In this document: one piece after another, positions 1 to 8,151 of the stretch
Layout: every line of letters begins with the position of its first letter
How positions within the stretch are numbered: position 1 is the first letter of the stretch
Source: a virus
Lineage: Duplodnaviria; Heunggongvirae; Uroviricota; Caudoviricetes
DNA: 25,224 nt
Virus record (IMG/VR): IMGVR_UViG_3300002835_005179
Coordinates: 64,001 to 89,224 of that record
Reading direction: 5' to 3' (one strand)
The notes under the pieces: model-generated
Told to the model about the DNA's origin: nothing
What the model saw: the letters and a program-made list of their open reading frames with translations, nothing else
Databases searched by the model: none
Translations under genes and position numbers: made by a program

Positions 1-381
1 ACCACACGCAAATGTTTTGGCCATCGGGATCATCCAATATAAATTAGTTAACAAAGGCAATTCTTCCATATCATCTATATGAATCACAACAATCTGTTCT
101 TCAGTCATAGTGTCGGTCGCATAAGGATCGCCAATAACATAAAAGAAATGAACAACAAAATCATCTCCATTCAAAGTTATAAATTTTTTCCAGTTCTCAA
201 CATCTAATCCAGCTTCTTCATTAAACTCACGACGCATCGCTTGTTCTGGTGATTCATTCTCTTCGATCTTGCCACCAATACCATTAATCTTTCCTCTTTG
301 CCAATCAGGCTTTTCTTTACGGATTAGAGCAATTTGATCTAAAGATTCATTAAATAGAAATCCTACTACATACTCAATCAT
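1..381 (-). CDS. NUDIX hydrolase (3' end runs off the window; not in ORF track)
   Basis: Manual translation from ATG at 381: MIEYVVGFLFNESLDQIALIRKEKPDWQRGKINGIGGKIEENESPEQAMRREFNEEAGLDV, which contains the NUDIX box Gx5Ex7REUxEExGU. SD GGAGG at 386-390. Confidence 0.9.
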   Translation of the reverse strand, partial: MIEYVVGFLFNESLDQIALIRKEKPDWQRGKINGIGGKIEENESPEQAMRREFNEEAGLDVENWKKFITLNGDDFVVHFFYVIGDPYATDTMTEEQIVVIHIDDMEELPLLTNLYWMIPMAKTFACG

Positions 382-390
382 ATATCCTCC

Positions 391-426
391 AAAATGAAAT
401 CCCTCCAGATTTGATCTAGAGGGAGT
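391..426 (-). terminator. Rho-independent terminator after gp32
   Basis: Inverted repeat ccctccagat (401-410) / atctagaggg (414-423), followed by a U-rich tract on the minus strand. Confidence 0.75.
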
Positions 427-444
427 TTCTATTTTTATTAATTA

Positions 445-1356
445 TTACTCTTCTGCTAACTTACGGAAGAAATCTAAAGAATCATCTTCTTCATCAGTTT
501 CTTCTGACTTCCAAGGAACTTCATCCTCATCTTCAGTAACTGATGCTTTCTTGCTCTCCATCTTAGGAGCAGGCTTAGAAGGCATAGAATCTTCAGACTT
601 CTTCGGTGCCGAAGCCTTATTACCCAACACCTTATCAAGACGTGCCTTCAATTCTTCATAAGACTTGAAGTTCTTCGGATCAGTAAACTCATTAAGAGCG
701 TATAGAGAATTCCAAACCTTCTCTAGCTTCTCATCGTCACCATCAAGAAAAGGAGCCTGAGCCTCGAACGATGAATTATCGTAGTTTGGATATCCATCAA
801 CTTTCTTGATCTTCAGACGGAAGTTAGAGCCCTGCCAAAAATCAAATGGATCAACTGCCTTTTCGCCTTCAAATACTGGCTTCATGGCTTCTTGAATCTT
901 CTCAAAGATCTTCTTACCAAATTTCCACAATACCACCTTACCTTCATTCTGTGGATTCTTAGGATCAGAAATCACATAGATGTTAGAGATATATTGCTGC
1001 TTGCGCTTACGCTTACGAACGATTTCCTTATTGGCTTCAATACCAGTTGCCCAAAGTTCAGTATTTTTTTCTCCAATTGGATCCTGTTGTCCAATTGTAG
1101 TTAGTGAATTCTCAATATACCAACCACCAGGTCCCTGGAACGAATGCGAAAAAACTGTTACCCAAGGTAACTTATCGTTCTTTCCTGCTGGAAGGAACCG
1201 AATTAGAGCTGTGCCGTTTCCAGTCTTCTCGTCCATAGGAACCGACCAAAAACGATCATCTTGGTACTTGTTACCGCCAGATGACATCTTTTCTAATTCT
1301 GCTACTAAATTGTCTAGATTAGACTTTGACTTCTTCTTTAGATCTGCGAAATTCAT
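445..1356 (-). CDS. 32: T4-like single-stranded DNA-binding protein gp32
   Basis: Motifs DDRFW, IRFLP, HSFQGPGGWYIENSLTT, FDFWQGSNFRLKIKKVDGYPNYD and an acidic C-terminal tail. Confidence 0.96.
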   Translation of the reverse strand: MNFADLKKKSKSNLDNLVAELEKMSSGGNKYQDDRFWSVPMDEKTGNGTALIRFLPAGKNDKLPWVTVFSHSFQGPGGWYIENSLTTIGQQDPIGEKNTELWATGIEANKEIVRKRKRKQQYISNIYVISDPKNPQNEGKVVLWKFGKKIFEKIQEAMKPVFEGEKAVDPFDFWQGSNFRLKIKKVDGYPNYDNSSFEAQAPFLDGDDEKLEKVWNSLYALNEFTDPKNFKSYEELKARLDKVLGNKASAPKKSEDSMPSKPAPKMESKKASVTEDEDEVPWKSEETDEEDDSLDFFRKLAEE

Positions 1357-1665
1357 TTAGTTATCCTCTTTCTTTTTCTTGCTTTTACTTGCTAATTGTT
1401 GATAAAGTTTTTTAATCTCTTCACGATACTTCTCATTCTCAACTTCTAAGTTATTTAGGCGTTCTGTATATTCTGTTTCCATCTTATTGTAAGAATAATA
1501 CATACTCAAAATAATATTTTCTAAGGTATCTAGTGATTCATACACTTCATCAATTAATGAAGAAATAGTTTCTTCATTAAGTCCATCGATCTCAAATATA
1601 TTATCCGATTCTTCCGAATCGGTCAAATCATCTTCATCATCAAACCGTATCAAATCATCTTTCAT
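1357..1665 (-). CDS. Hypothetical acidic/coiled-coil protein
   Basis: 102-aa ORF with SD GAGGT, abutting the gp32 start. Confidence 0.7.
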   Translation of the reverse strand: MKDDLIRFDDEDDLTDSEESDNIFEIDGLNEETISSLIDEVYESLDTLENIILSMYYSYNKMETEYTERLNNLEVENEKYREEIKKLYQQLASKSKKKKEDN

Positions 1666-1712
1666 GTCATATGAACCTCATATCAATATCATAACTTATA
1701 TCAGTTCAACTA

Positions 1713-2339
1713 TCAACTAAAAACTTCTAAGAATATTTTTTTTAAGATTTCTCTTTCTGGCAAAAACTTTTGTATGAATGGCACATAACATTGCATCAGA
1801 AGAAATGAATCCGACCAAATTGGATCACGTGGTCTTTCGGGAGAATTCATCTTATCTGAAATCTTAATAAGATTATCTACACAAATAAATGTTTCTAAAC
1901 GAATATCTTTTCTTAGGTACATCTTAAAAATAAGAGGATGTGTTACTCCTTTCGTTTTAAAGAGTTCATTATATTCAATTTCATTCAGAAGACAATATTC
2001 TTTAATCTTTCCAAGATCAGATTTGAAAGCATATGGGAATGCTTCTACATATCCTCTCCAAACTAGATGCCTTGCTTTATTATCTGCAGTTAGAACATCT
2101 TTAATCCAAAAGTTTTGGTTCTCTAGATATTCTACTAACATTCTTTCAATAAAGGATTCTTTAGAAATTCTAGCTGATATCTTTTCGAAATGATATCTAT
2201 CCTTCCTATTTTCATAGGATTTTGGATTGGATTTTGTTTTCCCGTTATATGTAAAAAAATTATAAGTTGTACTAGAGAAGTGTAGCTTAAATGCAAGATA
2301 AGTTATATATGCATCGTACCCAGAAAACATATCACTCAT
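1713..2339 (-). CDS. 59: Helicase loader gp59
   Basis: N-terminal AYITYLAFKLHF..YNFFTYNGK..YENRKDRYHFEK pattern; T4 33-59-32 synteny. Confidence 0.88.
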   Translation of the reverse strand: MSDMFSGYDAYITYLAFKLHFSSTTYNFFTYNGKTKSNPKSYENRKDRYHFEKISARISKESFIERMLVEYLENQNFWIKDVLTADNKARHLVWRGYVEAFPYAFKSDLGKIKEYCLLNEIEYNELFKTKGVTHPLIFKMYLRKDIRLETFICVDNLIKISDKMNSPERPRDPIWSDSFLLMQCYVPFIQKFLPEREILKKIFLEVFS

Positions 2340-2611
2340 AGTGGTAATGTGTTTGAATTGTTATATTTCTTTTTTAATAATTTCAAGTCTTTAGCAGATT
2401 GTTCGATAAGAGCTCTGAGTGATTGAGGGATAATCTTAGATATGGATGTTGTATCATAATTATTTTTCTCGCAAAAATAAGCTGTTGCTTCAAGATAATT
2501 CATCTTATATTGTTGAACTATCTCTGTTACTTCTCTAAGAATATCTTCTGGCTTAATGATTATGTCTTCTATATTTGGTAGTTCGTTAGTCATTGTTTGG
2601 TTTAATATCAT
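2336..2611 (-). CDS. 33: Late transcription coactivator gp33
   Basis: EIVQQYKMNYLEATAYFCEKNN..ISKII..L..LIE pattern; lies directly upstream of gp59. Confidence 0.85.
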   Translation of the reverse strand: MILNQTMTNELPNIEDIIIKPEDILREVTEIVQQYKMNYLEATAYFCEKNNYDTTSISKIIPQSLRALIEQSAKDLKLLKKKYNNSNTLPL

Positions 2612-2617
2612 ACTACC

Positions 2618-2646
2618 ATTATATAAAATACATACAAAGAAAGCAA
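2618..2646 (-). promoter_or_regulatory. Sigma70-like promoter for 33-59-32, probably giving a leaderless transcript
   Basis: TTGCTT-N17-TATAAT-N6-ATG on the minus strand. Confidence 0.75.
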
Positions 2647-2668
2647 TATCTTTTTTATAACTCAGATA

Positions 2669-2697
2669 TTGACTAACTTGACTTTCTACGCTATACT
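2669..2697 (+). promoter_or_regulatory. Sigma70-like promoter pointing antisense into the late genes
   Basis: TTGACT-N17-TATACT followed by aagtATGTAG. Confidence 0.5.
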
Positions 2698-2737
2698 AAG
2701 TATGTAGTGGTTTTAAGTTATAGAAATTAAATATACA

Positions 2738-3373
2738 TTAACCGTACACTAAACTGTCAATTCTCTTGTAACTAACATTAAATGCATTCATTAGTAATTC
2801 TACTTCTCGTAAACATTCATTTCGTCCACCGCCCATTATGTAAGCACCTTGAAAGCGTTTGAGCTGCGCAACACTTGTCCAATTTATAATAATGGGATCA
2901 TCTGCCATCCAGTCCTGCCATTCTGCGCCCACTAACTGCTTTAACTGTTCTAATTCTAAATCTCTGCTCTCATTGGCTTTGGCTTGATACAGGGCACGGA
3001 TCACTCGGATGATTACAGCTTCACTAACACCCTGATCCATCCAAGTTCTAAAATATCCATACCCTTTGTCGACGATCGTTACTCGATTCCAATTGTCAGG
3101 GTCAAACCCATAGTCTTCCCAAAAATTAATCACGCTTGCTTTGGTATCGTTTGATACTCCAGTTTCCTCAGCATTAATAAACATCAGCACAGGTCCAGTT
3201 TGTTGATTTACAAAATTGATAACTTTTTGACTGATTTTATATGCTTTTGGCATCGAACCCTCAGGTTCATCTCTCTGCTGATAATATGCATAAGCCGGTT
3301 GCACATCCACTACAATACATGGTCTACTTTTGGTTTCATTTATATATTGTTGTTTAAATGATAATATTTTCAT
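2738..3373 (-). CDS. Cysteine-hydrolase (isochorismatase/nicotinamidase)-like protein with a putative capsid-targeting leader
   Basis: IVVDVQ, VDKGYGYF and MGGGRNECL match the spacing of the D-K-C triad. N-terminus MKILSFKQQYINE; late promoter 7 nt upstream. Confidence 0.55.
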   Translation of the reverse strand: MKILSFKQQYINETKSRPCIVVDVQPAYAYYQQRDEPEGSMPKAYKISQKVINFVNQQTGPVLMFINAEETGVSNDTKASVINFWEDYGFDPDNWNRVTIVDKGYGYFRTWMDQGVSEAVIIRVIRALYQAKANESRDLELEQLKQLVGAEWQDWMADDPIIINWTSVAQLKRFQGAYIMGGGRNECLREVELLMNAFNVSYKRIDSLVYG

Positions 3374-3380
3374 ATTTTTA

Positions 3381-3388
3381 TATTTATA
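3381..3388 (-). promoter_or_regulatory. T4 late (gp55) promoter TATAAATA
   Basis: Exact consensus immediately upstream of ATG 3373. Confidence 0.75.
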
Positions 3389-3593
3389 ATATATGAATAG
3401 TTGATCTATTCTCTAATCCCTTTACAAAGTCTTCTAGTAACTCACGGAATATTAATCTTGCATTAACTTTACCGAAATTTGTTTGACCTGTAATCATGAT
3501 CCTTCTATCGATCTCTTCCATTGCTTCATCAATGGTTGCGGGAATTCTACGTTCGTATGACATAGAAGGAATTTTAATAATTTGATCTTCCAT
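3384..3593 (-). CDS. Hypothetical protein downstream of uvsW
   Basis: 69-aa ORF with SD GGAG inside the end of uvsW. Confidence 0.65.
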   Translation of the reverse strand: MEDQIIKIPSMSYERRIPATIDEAMEEIDRRIMITGQTNFGKVNARLIFRELLEDFVKGLENRSTIHIL

Positions 3594-3596
3594 AAT

Positions 3597-5069
3597 TTAC
3601 TCCAATCGTATATCTATTATCTGGTAATCGAAATCTTCAGATGCGTAAACTTTAACTCTTTCAGAGAAATGTTTATATGCAAAATTCTTATGATTATTTA
3701 TACACATATCATCTACAATATCATAAAGAACTGAAGGACCTTCTTTATTCTTAGATAATCTCAGAACTCTTCCGATAGATTGTAATGTTCGAACACGTGA
3801 CTTAGATGGGTGTGTGAATATGATGTTCTGAAGAGATGGTATGTTGATACCAGTTGAGAATATCTGAGATGATGCGACAATAATTCCATTATTGGCATTC
3901 TCGATCGACTTACGAATATCTTCTCGTATTTGTGTTTCTGTTCCACCATATACAAAGTGGACTGGTTTATCAGTCATCTTTTTGATTTGTTCGAATAATG
4001 GTTTACCGTGTGCATCTACTCTTGAGAATAATACAAGAGTGTTTCCCTTCAAAGAAGTTGCTAACTTCGAGATAAATTTGTTGCGTTTCTCGTGCGCTAA
4101 CAAGAAAGATACTTCACCTTCCCAATCAAATCCTTTTGCAACTTTTCTGGTTTCTGGAGAATATCCAAGTAACAAAGCATTTATGTTGAAAGAAGATAAC
4201 TGTTTCTTTGAAATTAGTTGAGAAGTTGTTGTAATCTGGAATGCTTTACCAAACAGCCCTTCAAGTTGAAGTTGATGCAATTTTTCGCCAGAAAGTGTTC
4301 CTGTAAAACCATAACGATGCGATGCATTTACACACTTTTCAAATAACTTTGAAATTTCTTTTGCTGAATATAAATGTGTTTCGTCCCCGATAACTACTTC
4401 AAAGTCTTCGAAATATGATTGTGGGTTGTCATATATTGATTGCCATGTAGATATAACAATCTTACGATCAAATCTTTCTGTTCCTGAGTATATCTTAGTG
4501 ATCTTCTTTTCAGATTCCCAATCAGGAAAATATTCTTTGATGTCGGATGACATCTGCTCAACTAATGATGTTGTTGGACAAATCAGCAATATCTTCCCAT
4601 CTATTTTCTCATAATAGAATTTGATAATAGATGCAATGATCAAGGATTTACCTGATCCTGTTGGCGATAATGCAATAAAACGCTTGGATGTAATGGCACG
4701 CTTAATTGCATCCAATTGGTAATCACGAATTTCTAATGGTTCGTTTCCCGAATAACATTTCAAATTAGAAACAAATTCATCTGCAACAGACTGTTCGTAT
4801 GCAACATTACTGTAATTCTTCAGGATCTTATATTGATTCTCTTCTGTGTATGATTCAATGTAATGTGTGAGACCTTTATGAATTATGTTCTTTCTCTTAT
4901 CATATAGGTGTATCTTGCCGTCCCACATTCTTCTTTTAAATGCAGGCATGTACTTGGCACCAGGAACATCAAATGACAATCTATCATACAATTCCTGTGC
5001 TATACCAGGTTCGGTGTCAACATGAACCCATGTTGCATTCAAAGATGTGAGTGTAAGTTTCATAGCCAA
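3597..5069 (-). CDS. uvsW: UvsW SF2 DNA helicase (ATG start probably at 5063)
   Basis: Walker A SPTGSGKS, IGDETH, GFTGT, STGINIP, QSIGRVLR, and the N-terminal YMPAFKRRMWDGKIHLY. Confidence 0.96.
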   Translation of the reverse strand: MAMKLTLTSLNATWVHVDTEPGIAQELYDRLSFDVPGAKYMPAFKRRMWDGKIHLYDKRKNIIHKGLTHYIESYTEENQYKILKNYSNVAYEQSVADEFVSNLKCYSGNEPLEIRDYQLDAIKRAITSKRFIALSPTGSGKSLIIASIIKFYYEKIDGKILLICPTTSLVEQMSSDIKEYFPDWESEKKITKIYSGTERFDRKIVISTWQSIYDNPQSYFEDFEVVIGDETHLYSAKEISKLFEKCVNASHRYGFTGTLSGEKLHQLQLEGLFGKAFQITTTSQLISKKQLSSFNINALLLGYSPETRKVAKGFDWEGEVSFLLAHEKRNKFISKLATSLKGNTLVLFSRVDAHGKPLFEQIKKMTDKPVHFVYGGTETQIREDIRKSIENANNGIIVASSQIFSTGINIPSLQNIIFTHPSKSRVRTLQSIGRVLRLSKNKEGPSVLYDIVDDMCINNHKNFAYKHFSERVKVYASEDFDYQIIDIRLE

Positions 5070-5078
5070 TCGCTATGA

Positions 5079-5086
5079 TATTTATA
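5079..5086 (-). promoter_or_regulatory. T4 late promoter TATAAATA for uvsW
   Basis: Exact consensus upstream of uvsW. Confidence 0.7.
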
Positions 5087-5088
5087 TA

Positions 5089-5274
5089 CTACTTTTTGTA
5101 TCCAGAAGAATCGCCAAAAACTCTTACATACAAATAGACAAGCTTCTTGACAAGATATGATACACCTAGCACACCCATTGCTTCGTAAAAGATAGCATCG
5201 ACTTCTCTCTTAGAGAATACAGTATCTTTTCCAGAAACCTTCAAACCAAGTTTCTGTGCTCGTCTTAGTTCGTT
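5089..5274 (-). pseudogene. Orphan C-terminal module (DUF1353-like C-terminus) lacking its own convincing start
   Basis: SKREVDAIFYEAMGVLGVSYLVKKLVYLYVRVFG resembles DUF1353 C-termini but the HDxLY core is absent. It begins with NELRRAQK, duplicated from the 429-aa gene. The track's ATG at 5331 overlaps the upstream gene. Confidence 0.5.
5255..5274. repeat. 20-bp direct repeat, copy 1
   Basis: tgtgctcgtcttagttcgtt, identical to 6519-6538. Confidence 0.95.
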
Positions 5275-5275
5275 T

Positions 5276-6565
5276 TTAGTTTTCTGCTTGTTGATTGAAT
5301 TTCTGTTTGAATTTTTCGTATTCTTTGGCATAATACGAGCTTTTCTTGATTACATTTTCTGCCTCAGGCCAAGGCCTTTTTAATACGTCAAACGCATACA
5401 AAGCAGCATAATCTGCTTTTTGTAATATATATTTTTCTGCCTGTTCAAATCTACCTTTCAATATTTCTGTGGCATAATCATACGCCAATTCAGGATCTTG
5501 TGCAATTGCGTCTTCTCCTTTCGGAAAACGACCTTTTAATACATATCTTGAATATCTATATGCAAGTAGAGAATCTTTTGCGATTCCATCTTCACCTTTT
5601 GGAAATGGACCATTCAATGAATATCTTGCATAATTGTAAGACGTTTCAGGATCTTTTGCAATAGACTCTTCGCCTTTTGGAAACGGTCCGTTCAAGATGT
5701 ATCTTGAATACTCGTACGCTATTACTGGATCTTTTGCAATAGACTCTTCGCCTTTTGGAAACGGTCCGTTCAAGATGTATTTTGAATACTCGTACGCTAT
5801 TACTGGATCTGTTGCTAATATGTCTTCTCCAAATTTCGGTACTTTTCTTGTTTGTTTGTATTTGTTTACAACAAACTGCCACACAGAATCTATATTATTT
5901 TTATCGACATCTATATATTGTTTGTTTTCAAATCGTCTCACAACTTTTGCTACAGTTGAATCAAGTATAACACCTTGTGTTGGTTCGTTGACGTGAATGA
6001 TACCGTCGCCTGCATTATCAATAACAACTTTCACACCCAAAGTGTTTCTCAATACACTTGTCCATCTTCTTGGATTATCGTCTGCTGCAAAAAATGATAG
6101 AAACCACCATATACCGCCGGATGTCTGAACTCTTGCATCGTCTTTTGCGTCTCTCAAAATACTTTTGTAATTGTCTTTAAACAGAATCTTTGCGGCGGCT
6201 TCTACGACATCATTTGTAACATTATCCAAAAATACAATATGTTCTTCTTTAGTATCTATTCTTATGATGTTGATAAATGGAGCTTCGTGTTGAAAAGGAA
6301 GTGTTACAGTATTCAAGTAATACTTTGCCGGATAAAAATACACACCAATTGGTGTGTTGTAGTATTCAGATCTTGGATTGATTCCAACCTTAGGGATCTT
6401 GGTCATTGTTACACCATAAAGATCAAGATCTACTCCTTGATCTTCTAAGTTGTGTAAATAAGTTCTGGCTGCAGAATGTCCAAACTCTGCAGCCTTATTT
6501 ACAGCCAGTCCAACTTTTTGTGCTCGTCTTAGTTCGTTGATGAAAGATTTGAAGTGTTTTTGCAT
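5276..6565 (-). CDS. Putative virion-internal protein: capsid-targeting-like leader, possible ART-like domain and C-terminal 26-aa helical repeats
   Basis: Leader MQKHFKSFINE; motifs TPIGVYFYP and IHVNEPTQGVIL; about 6 repeats of type FPKGEESIAKDPVIAYEYSRYILNGP. Confidence 0.6.
   Translation of the reverse strand: MQKHFKSFINELRRAQKVGLAVNKAAEFGHSAARTYLHNLEDQGVDLDLYGVTMTKIPKVGINPRSEYYNTPIGVYFYPAKYYLNTVTLPFQHEAPFINIIRIDTKEEHIVFLDNVTNDVVEAAAKILFKDNYKSILRDAKDDARVQTSGGIWWFLSFFAADDNPRRWTSVLRNTLGVKVVIDNAGDGIIHVNEPTQGVILDSTVAKVVRRFENKQYIDVDKNNIDSVWQFVVNKYKQTRKVPKFGEDILATDPVIAYEYSKYILNGPFPKGEESIAKDPVIAYEYSRYILNGPFPKGEESIAKDPETSYNYARYSLNGPFPKGEDGIAKDSLLAYRYSRYVLKGRFPKGEDAIAQDPELAYDYATEILKGRFEQAEKYILQKADYAALYAFDVLKRPWPEAENVIKKSSYYAKEYEKFKQKFNQQAEN
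5649..5804. repeat. Near-perfect 78-bp tandem duplication
   Basis: 5649-5726 versus 5727-5804, with one mismatch. Confidence 0.95.
6519..6538. repeat. 20-bp direct repeat, copy 2
   Basis: Identical to 5255-5274; encodes NELRRAQ just after the leader. Confidence 0.95.
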
Positions 6566-6577
6566 ATAATTATAAAG

Positions 6578-6585
6578 TATTTATT
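6578..6585 (-). promoter_or_regulatory. Late promoter variant AATAAATA
   Basis: Overlaps the uvsY stop, 12 nt upstream of ATG 6565. Confidence 0.6.
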
Positions 6586-7012
6586 AGAATTCACCTGCAT
6601 CAAACTTCAACATTTGGATAGCATTCTTGATTGAAAACTCACGTTGTTCTATGCCACGCAAGATTTTTTCTAAACAAAATATCTTTTCTTTTTGTGATTG
6701 TATATTGTAATTCAAATCAGACAATTCTTGATCTGCGTCTAGATACATATCAATATCTTGTCTCAAAACTTTAATATCGAAAGGTTTTTCATTATACACC
6801 TCTTCAGGTGCTTTACCAGAATAATATTCCCACTTATCCCTTTTCAATTCAGCAAATTTCTTATTCATTTTATGAAGAAGAACCTTTTCAGAACGATAGA
6901 TATCCAAGAATCTCATGAGAATGTTTGGAGTTCTAGTCGCTTCTTCACCAAGCTTAAATCTATCAATCTTTAATTCTTGTTCGGCTAAGTCTTGTATTTC
7001 TTTATATTTCAT
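6584..7012 (-). CDS. uvsY: Recombination mediator UvsY
   Basis: KWEYYSGKA, PFDIKVLRQDIDMYLDAD and IKNAI motifs; about 140 aa. Confidence 0.92.
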   Translation of the reverse strand: MKYKEIQDLAEQELKIDRFKLGEEATRTPNILMRFLDIYRSEKVLLHKMNKKFAELKRDKWEYYSGKAPEEVYNEKPFDIKVLRQDIDMYLDADQELSDLNYNIQSQKEKIFCLEKILRGIEQREFSIKNAIQMLKFDAGEF

Positions 7013-7673
7013 ATTTCAAATTTCCAAGATATTTGTCCATAATGTCTTTCAATGCTGTGTAATAATTAGATCTATTCACTTTAAAAATAATTGGTTGCGA
7101 ATCATATGTACACATAAGGATTACAATTTGTTTTATTTTTATACCAGTCATTTCTTCAAACATCAAAGAATACGCTGTTCCTTGTACGAAATAATTTGTA
7201 ATCCATTCTTCTTTCTTTTCTTTTCTGGAAGTTTTAAAGTCTATGATAGAAGGAATACCATCAAACTCCGCAATACAATCAGTTCTCCCGGCTAAACCAA
7301 GTGTATCCGAATACAATGAAGCTTCTTGTGTGTATATGTTATCTATTCTATCAAGAGTGTCCTGCATAGAAGAGAACATATATTTAGAATGTATTGTTGT
7401 TTTTTCTAAGAAATTTGGATCATTATCTAAATATTTTTCAATAACATAATGTAGATTTTCGCCCAATGCACAGGCGTATTCTGAGATTTGTTTTGCATTT
7501 TCTTCTCCAATAGATTTCTTCCAAGATTCTATAGATTCTTTAGAAGTTTGACCCAAGAGAGTCGTGATAGAAGGCATCAGTTTACCTGATGGTGTAACAT
7601 AATACCTTCGATTATTAATCTCTTGGGTCAATAGATTTGGTAGATTTATTTTATTGTGTTTGAATGACTTCAC
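7002..7673 (-). CDS. PD-(D/E)XK exonuclease (cyanophage exonuclease A-like); GTG start
   Basis: RYY..PSG..MPSITT, AGRTDCIAEFDG..SIIDFKTS and YFVQGTAY. Confidence 0.88.
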   Translation of the reverse strand: MKSFKHNKINLPNLLTQEINNRRYYVTPSGKLMPSITTLLGQTSKESIESWKKSIGEENAKQISEYACALGENLHYVIEKYLDNDPNFLEKTTIHSKYMFSSMQDTLDRIDNIYTQEASLYSDTLGLAGRTDCIAEFDGIPSIIDFKTSRKEKKEEWITNYFVQGTAYSLMFEEMTGIKIKQIVILMCTYDSQPIIFKVNRSNYYTALKDIMDKYLGNLKYEI

Positions 7674-7679
7674 TTATAT

Positions 7680-7708
7680 ATTATAATATATTATTTTGTA
7701 TAATACAA
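7680..7708 (-). promoter_or_regulatory. Sigma70-like promoter, probably leaderless
   Basis: TTGTAT-N17-TATAAT-N6-GTG. Confidence 0.6.
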
Positions 7709-7710
7709 AT

Positions 7711-8146
7711 TTATTTTGATTTTTCTATACTTCTCACATAGGTGTCTACTTGTTTTAGAATATCTTCTAATTTAGATAGATCTTTGCCGGATCCAGTCGT
7801 ATTTTCTAATTCTAAGTCTTTTTGACGACCAGATTCCCAATCTCCTGAATATTTCTTTACATACACTCTATGAGAAGTTGCATATAGTGGATCATCAGGA
7901 ACACTCCAAACTTTATCGAATGATAAATATGATGTATTTTTTTGACCAAATGATTTATATCCATATTTCTTAAGAAGAGAATATATTTTCTTAGCTTCAG
8001 GTGAAGTTGTTCCTTCATCATCTAGATAAGCTTCTTCTAATACTTCCTCTACAATAGCTTTGATGTAATCCTTCAGATCGTTATCTTGTTCTTTTGATTC
8101 TGAAATTACTTTCAAATACGATTCTTTAAATTTTTTTTATGTCCAT
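7711..8146 (-). CDS. Hypothetical putative internal head protein, frameshifted in an A8 run near its start
   Basis: SD AAGGAG then ATG at 8146. Removing one A from the run at 8131-8138 gives MDIKKFKESYLKVISESK, in frame with ORF 7711-8115. Confidence 0.65.
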
Positions 8147-8151
8147 TCAAA

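Noticed and set aside
892-1360. Plus-strand ORFs opposite gp32, and similar short shadow ORFs opposite uvsW, phoH, cobS, rnh, gp44 and ORF 21082
   Set aside because: They fully overlap well-supported genes and lack SD, promoter or motif support.
2618-2646. T4 MotA-dependent middle promoters
   Set aside because: TGCTT lies at -35 spacing (17 nt), not the shorter MotA-box spacing, and no motA/asiA is seen in the window.
5649-5804. Diversity-generating retroelement template/variable repeat pair
   Set aside because: The copies are adjacent, in-frame coding repeats with a single difference, and no reverse transcriptase is present in the window.
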